Positions 57,989 through 64,000 of a stretch of 64,000 bases of DNA are shown piece by piece. The position numbers and the translations under genes were made by a program. Origin of the DNA: Verrucomicrobiota bacterium (GTDB lineage Bacteria > Verrucomicrobiota > Verrucomicrobiia > Palsa-1439); contig PLTX01000103.1 in assembly GCA_003164675.1 (NCBI GenBank), positions 37,951 through 101,950 of the forward strand, given 5' to 3'. How positions within the stretch are numbered: the stretch's first letter is position 1; every line of letters begins with the position of its first letter. The notes beneath the pieces are model-generated. The model ran no database searches, was not told the origin of the DNA, and saw only the letters and a list, made by a program, of their open reading frames with translations.

Positions 57989-58188
57989 ATGGGTCTCCTC
58001 TCCTCCGAAGCATCCTACCGCCGGGCGCGGGCCGTTGGCAAGGCTGTCGAATCGGCCACGGTTGCGTTTATACGCCCCGCCGGTGTGCCGATGATTCCCC
58101 TGCCGTGCACACTGACACTGCCGAAAATGGCACTCGCAACCCGTATCAGGTGAAAGCAGCTTCGCAGGATTCGATTTGCGCCACGATC

Positions 58189-58659
58189 TCAGTGCGGCCG
58201 TTGGATGTTCAGCTTGTCCATCAGCTCGTACAACGTGGGGCGGGCCAAACCAAGTTCGGTCGCCGCCGCTGCGACTTTCCAAGAGTGTTTCCGCAAGCTA
58301 AAAAGAATCATTTCCCGCTCCAAGTTCTCACGAGCTTCCTTCAGTGACACCGGCAGGTCATTGTGGCTACGACCGCAATGCGGGCAAAGTATCGCCTGTG
58401 CCTCGGCGGTCGGCAGGTCACGGTGGCAGTGTGGGCATACAACTGCTTGTCGCCTGATGGTTTCCGCGCAAAACGGGCACTGCTTGCTATCGGCAGAGCC
58501 TGTCGCGAGCGTTGGCGGACTGGTCGTCTCCACCCGGATAGGTTTGTCGGGTACCAGAAGCGATGTTCCGCACTTCGGGCAGTCAACGAGTTGTCCGGCC
58601 CCGGCTTCGTCAATTGTGAGAGATTGGCCGCACTTGTCGCAGTTGAATGTAATGTCCAT
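58189..58659 (-). CDS. multi zinc-ribbon protein with C-terminal Fis-type (HTH_8) DNA-binding domain
   Basis: MDITFNCDKCGQSLTIDEAGAGQLVDCPKCGTSLLVP, CPFCAETI...CPHCHR, CPHCGR. The C-terminus REMILFSLRKHSWKVAAAATELGLARPTLYELMDKL resembles the HTH of sigma54 activators, but there is no AAA+ domain. Confidence 0.7.
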   Translation of the reverse strand: MDITFNCDKCGQSLTIDEAGAGQLVDCPKCGTSLLVPDKPIRVETTSPPTLATGSADSKQCPFCAETIRRQAVVCPHCHRDLPTAEAQAILCPHCGRSHNDLPVSLKEARENLEREMILFSLRKHSWKVAAAATELGLARPTLYELMDKLNIQRPH

Positions 58660-59077
58660 GCGCTTGCCTGCCCGTCAGACTAGTGCGCCTGTCCGCCACG
58701 AGCAAGCGCGGAATCTTGCCGAAGGTTAACAAGTAGTTGCCCATCACCTGTGCAGACTGTGCGATGTAAATCCCTCGCGTTACAACCTTCTGCGCGTTCA
58801 AAGCGCGGGCGTACTCCGCGACGAAAGAAATTTGCCGCCGCTCACGGACGGACGCACTTGGGGCGTGGTCGGCAGGGGGTTCGGTGCAGGTTGGCGACGG
58901 GCTGCCTGGCCGTATCGCTGCCGGCTGTGGTCGGTGTCGGCGCGGTCGTGGCTTCACCCCATTGGCTTTCCGGGTGGTGCAACGGTGCAATCATGGTGCA
59001 GTTGCACCGCGACACCTTTTGGCTTGTCGCTGCTGTTGATTTGCTCTATCCCTTCGGCAAGCAGAACCGGGCTTGAG

Positions 59078-59524
59078 ATGGAAAAGTCGTTCATAGAGAA
59101 AGCCAAGGAGTCTCTAACAGACAAAGCGTTATCGCTATGGACAGGAGCAATAGGCACTCTGCTAGTACTCGTCGGGGGAGTGATTCTTGACGCAGCGCTT
59201 CCCACGCTCTCTTCCCCAACATTCCAGAAATTACTCCTCCCACTGTTAGCCTTATCAATTCTAGCCAATGCAGGATTGATCGTGACGGTTTGGGCTGTAA
59301 CCAGCCGCCAAAAATTGCGCAAGCGTTTTGGTTTCCTTTGGGATGCTGATTTGCAGCCTCATTGTCCGGCATGTGGCTCTCCGATTCAGTGGGGCGAATG
59401 GGCCGGCACGAACGGTTGGGGGTTCTGGTGCGCCAAGTGTAAAGACGCGATGTACCTTCGCGATGATTCCGGACAGCATATCTCGATAGAGGAAGCGCGT
59501 AGGCGGTTGTCAGAAAAGAAGTGA
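59078..59524 (+). CDS. membrane protein with C-terminal zinc ribbon
   Basis: ATG at 59078. Two TM helices, then CPACGSPIQW...FWCAKCKD. Lower-GC stretch. Confidence 0.5.
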   Translation: MEKSFIEKAKESLTDKALSLWTGAIGTLLVLVGGVILDAALPTLSSPTFQKLLLPLLALSILANAGLIVTVWAVTSRQKLRKRFGFLWDADLQPHCPACGSPIQWGEWAGTNGWGFWCAKCKDAMYLRDDSGQHISIEEARRRLSEKK

Positions 59525-59788
59525 GCGATCAGGAGGGTCGCTGCTTGACTCGTGACGGTTCACGGAGTTGCTCCAGTTGCTTGCCGGGTGATTGTGTCAC
59601 TCGTTAGGAGTTCCGTCCAAGACAAAAAGCTCCCCGTTCTCTTTCAAGATGGGTTCGCAGACAGTTCGCCCAGCCGCACCAATCTTTGTCTAGTTCCCAC
59701 GCGAACACGATGGTTGTTTTTCCGTAAGAAATCACTACACGAGCCGGACCGGCTGTGTTACGGTAGGGTAAGAAAGGCAGGAGACCCA

Positions 59789-60199
59789 ATGCGAGTGCGG
59801 TTTCTGTTTCGTTCGGTCATCGTCACGGCAACGCTGGCGTTTTTCGGCGGTTGCGCTTTCCCGTCCACAGACAAACCCGCACCCGCCGAGGCGCAACCCG
59901 CGATGCGCGCGATGGGGCAACCGGTTGCCTCGCCCGCGTCGCCGCCGGCATCGAACCCCCGGGCGGCAGACGAACCCACCGACGAAACCATTGGCTTTCA
60001 AATCCGACGGTTGGTGAATACCGACCCCATCACGGGCGCCGGCATTATCATCGAGGTGGATGACGGCAATGTCACCTTGCGTGGCACGGCGCTCAATCGG
60101 GCCGCCGCGTGGCGCGCGGAAGGCGCGGCGCACTCCGTCAAGGGAGTCAAGTCCGTGGTGAACCAGATTATTGTGAACGCCCCCAGCGTCATGCACTAA
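59789..60199 (+). CDS. BON-domain lipoprotein
   Basis: ATG at 59789. Lipobox FFGGC. C-terminal BON-like IIIEVDDGNVTLRGTALNRAAAWRAEGAAHSVKGVKSVVNQI. Confidence 0.7.
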   Translation: MRVRFLFRSVIVTATLAFFGGCAFPSTDKPAPAEAQPAMRAMGQPVASPASPPASNPRAADEPTDETIGFQIRRLVNTDPITGAGIIIEVDDGNVTLRGTALNRAAAWRAEGAAHSVKGVKSVVNQIIVNAPSVMH

Positions 60200-61362
60200 G
60201 CGTGAGCACTGATTCCGTTTCTCACGGCGCGGTGTGGACGGGACCATTCACCGGGGGGGGGCGACGGTCGGGCGGTTGGAAAGACGGCCACGCCGTATTT
60301 CCACACGAACCAAACCACCCCGGCGCAGAGGATAAGCGTGCCCACCACGTACAACGTTGCGAACCGCTTCTGTCCGGAGGCGGCGAACGGCGTGACAGCC
60401 TGAGGCCCCTTCAGGGAATCCCGGGCCTCCATGAGATCCAGGATGACTTCGTCGTATGACCCATATCGCTCGGCGGGGTCTTGCGCGAGCATGTGGGTAA
60501 TGATCCGGATGGTGCGCTGTTGGGCTGCGGGGGCGACCATCGCGAGGGAGGAGGCCGGGTCCACAGCGTGTTTGGCGGCCGCGTCTGTGGTGGACGCTGA
60601 GTCGACCGGTGGTCGGCCCGCCAGTGCATGGAACAGCGTCGCGCCAAGCGAATAAATATCGCTGCGCTCGTCGTCGGGTTTGCCGCGGAGTTTCTCCGGC
60701 GCTACGTAGTAGGGGGTGCCCCAGATTTGTTCGCCCTCCGGCGTCCGGCTGCCTTCGGGATCGCCCCCCTCGGCGAGAGCCGGGCTGAAATCGATGAATT
60801 TGGGAACGCCATCCTCGTTGAACAGGATATTGCCGGGTTTCACGTCGCGATGGAGCACGCCATGCTGCCGCGCAGCACGCAGGGCGGAGGCAATCTGGAG
60901 GCCAAGGGACAGCACTTCGGGCTCGGGGAGACATCCAAGCCGGGTAATGCGGTCGTCGAGGCTTCCCTGGTCGCAAAGCTCCATGGCCGTGTAGTACCAG
61001 TGGTCAATCTCGCCAAAGGAATAGACCTGGGCGATATTGGGGTGATTGACAGTGGCGGTAGCGCGAGCCTCACCGGAGAACCTGGCGACAAACGCAGGAT
61101 CGGAGGCGAGGTTCGAGCGCAGGACCTTGAGGGCAAGGTAGCGGTTGAGTGAAACGTCGATGGCTTTGTAGACCGTGCCCGCGCCGCCGGTGCCGATCAC
61201 GTTGAGCAGCAGGAAATCGCCAAACTTCAGAGGGACGACGGAGGGAGCACCGCAGTGTTTGCATTCGACATGGGTGAAGCCGGTCTGCCCGGTGAGGTCG
61301 AGAATCGCCCCGCAAGAATGGCAATTGATCGAGTCCGGCACATTGCCTAGTGCGTCCATCAC
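60196..61362 (-). CDS. serine/threonine protein kinase with N-terminal zinc ribbon and C-terminal TM segment
   Basis: CHSCGAIL...CKHCGAPSVVP; GTGGAGTVYKA, LALKVL, HRDVKPGNIL, DFS, GTPYYVAPE. Confidence 0.9.
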   Translation of the reverse strand: MMDALGNVPDSINCHSCGAILDLTGQTGFTHVECKHCGAPSVVPLKFGDFLLLNVIGTGGAGTVYKAIDVSLNRYLALKVLRSNLASDPAFVARFSGEARATATVNHPNIAQVYSFGEIDHWYYTAMELCDQGSLDDRITRLGCLPEPEVLSLGLQIASALRAARQHGVLHRDVKPGNILFNEDGVPKFIDFSPALAEGGDPEGSRTPEGEQIWGTPYYVAPEKLRGKPDDERSDIYSLGATLFHALAGRPPVDSASTTDAAAKHAVDPASSLAMVAPAAQQRTIRIITHMLAQDPAERYGSYDEVILDLMEARDSLKGPQAVTPFAASGQKRFATLYVVGTLILCAGVVWFVWKYGVAVFPTARPSPPPGEWSRPHRAVRNGISAHA

Positions 61363-61552
61363 GGGACAACGTTAGCACGCGCTGGAAAGCGGCATCAACA
61401 GCAAATCGCCGATGCGATTCGTTTTGACCACCCTGAGAAAATTGCCGCAGTCCATCGGGTGTTTTCCGCGCCTGCCATTAAATTCTCGCAATGCGCAACA
61501 AATTCGTTTACAGTTACTTGCGGATGAAATTCGAGCGGAAGAAGACGGCGGT

Positions 61553-61568
61553 GGCATATTGCCTGCTA
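61553..61568 (+). promoter_or_regulatory. candidate sigma54 (-24/-12) promoter for glnB-glnA
   Basis: TGGCATATTGCCTGCT has GG and GC in the consensus spacing of TGGCAC-N5-TTGCW. It lies about 130 nt upstream of glnB. Confidence 0.45.
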
Positions 61569-61606
61569 AGCATAAGCCCACACGGGTGTACGTGTCCCCG
61601 ATGTGA

Positions 61607-62035
<429 letters not shown>

Positions 62036-62115
62036 CGCCGCCCAAAACTGGATCAACGAGTAACCGAAATTCAGCCAGTTCGGTGAACCATCGACCGACT
62101 GGCCAAGAGGACAAT

Positions 62116-63525
62116 ATGACACCACAAGAAGTTCTGGCGTTGTGCAAAAGCAAGAATGTACAACTGGTAGACGTCAAATTCTGCGATTTTCTGGGAACCT
62201 GGCAGCATTTCTGTGCGCCGATTTCCGAGTTGGAAGAGAAGGTTTTCGAGGCGGGTCTGGGCTTCGACGGTTCGTCCATTCGCGGATGGAAATCCATCGA
62301 AGCGAGCGACATGTTGCTGATTTTGGACCCGGCCACTGCCATCATCGACCCATTCCCACAGGTCACCACGCTCAGTATCGTGGCGGACGCGATCGACACG
62401 ATCACCCGTGAGCCCTATTCGCGCGACCCGCGTAATATCGCCCGCAAAGCCGAGGCGTATTTGAAGCAGACGGGCATCGCGGACACAGCCTACTTTGGCC
62501 CCGAAGCCGAGTTCTTCATCTTTGATGATATCCGCTTCGGTCAGACCTCCAACAGCGGCTACTACTACATCGACAGCAATGAAGGCGTCTGGAATACCGG
62601 TCGCGAGGAATTTCCGAACCTCGGCAACAAGATCCGCCACAAGGAAGGTTATTTCCCCGTTCCCCCACAGGACACACAGGTCGATGTCCGCAACGAGATG
62701 ATCCTGGTGATGCGGGACAGCGGATTGAAGGTCGAGAAAGAACATCACGAAGTGGCCACCGCAGGCCAGGCTGAGATCGACCTGCGCTTTAACTCGTTGG
62801 TCTCCATGGCCGACGACATGATGCTCTACAAGTACATCGTCAAGAACGTCGCCAAACGCCACAACAAGACCGTTACCTTCATGCCCAAACCCCTGTTTGG
62901 CGACAACGGCAGCGGGATGCACATACACCAGAGCCTGTGGAAGAAGGGCAAGCCGCTGTTCGCGGGCAAAGAATATGCCGGCCTCAGCGACCTGGCCTTG
63001 CATTATATCGGCGGCATCCTCAAACATGCACGCGCCGCTGCCGCAATCACGAATCCGACCGTCAACAGCTACAAGCGCCTGACGCCGGGCTTCGAAGCGC
63101 CCGTCAACCTCGCGTATTCGAGCCGCAATCGCTCGGCCGCAGTCCGCATCCCGACGTATTCACCGAGCCCCAAGGCCAAACGCATTGAGTATCGTCCGCC
63201 CGATCCGACAGCCAACCCGTACATTGCGTTCGCCGCGCTGCTGATGGCGGGTCTGGATGGCATTGAGAACCGGATCGACCCCGGCGAGCCGCTCGATAAG
63301 AACATCTACGAGTTGCCGCCGTCCGAACTCAAGAAAGTCCCGTCAATGCCGGGCAGCCTCACCGAGGCCTGCGACGAATTGGAAAATGACCACGAGTTCC
63401 TGCTGAAGGGCGATGTGTTCACGCAGGACGTCATCGACACCTGGATCGAAATGAAGCGGAAAGAACAGGATCAGGTGCGCTTGCGTCCGCATCCGTGGGA
63501 ATTCCACATGTACTACGACGCGTAA
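62116..63525 (+). CDS. glnA: glutamine synthetase, type I
   Basis: 469 aa from the ATG at 62116. [42 protein letters not shown]. The Tyr-adenylylation-region-like NIYELP is present. Confidence 0.95.
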   Translation: MTPQEVLALCKSKNVQLVDVKFCDFLGTWQHFCAPISELEEKVFEAGLGFDGSSIRGWKSIEASDMLLILDPATAIIDPFPQVTTLSIVADAIDTITREPYSRDPRNIARKAEAYLKQTGIADTAYFGPEAEFFIFDDIRFGQTSNSGYYYIDSNEGVWNTGREEFPNLGNKIRHKEGYFPVPPQDTQVDVRNEMILVMRDSGLKVEKEHHEVATAGQAEIDLRFNSLVSMADDMMLYKYIVKNVAKRHNKTVTFMPKPLFGDNGSGMHIHQSLWKKGKPLFAGKEYAGLSDLALHYIGGILKHARAAAAITNPTVNSYKRLTPGFEAPVNLAYSSRNRSAAVRIPTYSPSPKAKRIEYRPPDPTANPYIAFAALLMAGLDGIENRIDPGEPLDKNIYELPPSELKKVPSMPGSLTEACDELENDHEFLLKGDVFTQDVIDTWIEMKRKEQDQVRLRPHPWEFHMYYDA

Positions 63526-63543
63526 CGCGCCGCATCTCTTGCG

Positions 63544-63585
63544 GGGCTCGATGTTTTTTTGCGAACATCGAGCCCTGTTTTTTTC
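63544..63585 (+). terminator. rho-independent terminator of glnA
   Basis: Perfect 12-bp stem GGGCTCGATGTT/AACATCGAGCCC with an 8-nt loop, followed by TGTTTTTTT. A second hairpin (GATGCGCG...CGCGCATC at 63596-63625) with a T-run follows. Confidence 0.8.
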
Positions 63586-64000
63586 TGTGTTGCGCGATGC
63601 GCGAAAATTTTTTTCGGCGCGCATCACTTTTTTCTTGAACAGCGCAACCACGGTTACTATGCTGCTCCGCGCAAAGGCGAAGGCGAGGATGAAGAGAGCG
63701 TTGTGAATAAGTTGTGAACAGCTTGGGCGTTCAGCCACGTTTTGCTGTTCGGCTGCATGCATCGCCCAAGGAATGTGGATTTTTGGTTCACTTCTCTCCC
63801 GAGCCCGACACGAATGATGTGAGGGGAAAACGCAGCCGCACAGCGGTATAAGAGCCGTTTGAGACGTATTTTTTCGCGGTTGCACGGGTGTGGTAATCAA
63901 GGTAGGGGGTTTTCACGGTTTTTGTCTCCTTGGATTCGTGCGCGGGTCACTCCTTCCGTTCGCCCCGGCTGCAAGATACCTGCGGCAGCGGTGTCAACAG

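Noticed and set aside
57275-59788. Integrated island at tRNA-Leu with att repeat.
   Set aside because: No integrase or recombinase gene is present. The best downstream match to the tRNA 3' end is only CCGCACCA-like (about 59680), and a 10-nt match to the tRNA 5' end at 63940 is within chance. It is kept only as a weak hint in the zinc-ribbon finding.
63646-63680. Possible sigma70 promoter, TTGAAC-17-TATGCT, after the glnA terminators.
   Set aside because: The hexamers are weak and no downstream plus-strand gene lies within the window to support it.

Overview
GC-rich bacterial chromosomal segment (about 60% GC by eye). Gene content and the GC-rich interspersed repeats suggest a PVC-group, Verrucomicrobiota-like organism; this is inference, since no search was possible. 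Most of the window is ordinary housekeeping DNA. This includes the rpmH-rnpA-yidD-yidC-jag cluster, yebC-ruvC-ruvA with a displaced ruvB, glnB-glnA, asd, pyrD and an isopropylmalate-dehydrogenase-family gene. It also includes pepC, oligopeptidase B, a TetR-HlyD-ABC-ABC2 efflux operon, a P1B-type metal ATPase, two bactofilins, tRNA-Leu(GAG) and several envelope, TPR and zinc-ribbon proteins. Five accessory or decayed patches stand out. (1) 42.3-45.9 kb holds a small island with two translationally coupled STAND/ORC-like P-loop NTPases that lack any recognisable effector. One carries wHTH plus TPR, and the pair sits behind a strong promoter overlapped by a palindrome. This is my best candidate for an undescribed conflict or defence system. 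(2) A 2.26-kb IS1-family element with passenger genes, 19-bp inverted repeats and a 9-bp target duplication splits a sensor kinase at 14.0-16.3 kb. (3) 7.06-8.29 kb holds a DarT-like N-terminal stub in the same frame as a CHAT/caspase-like core, separated by a single TGA. (4) 18.6-19.4 kb holds a multiply disrupted histidine kinase and a zinc-ribbon gene that has lost its start codon. (5) A roughly 135-bp noncoding element occurs twice, in opposite orientation, at 9.2 kb and 41.8 kb, each time beside accessory DNA. All functional calls rest on motifs read by eye and recalled family knowledge. No database search or numerical computation was run.
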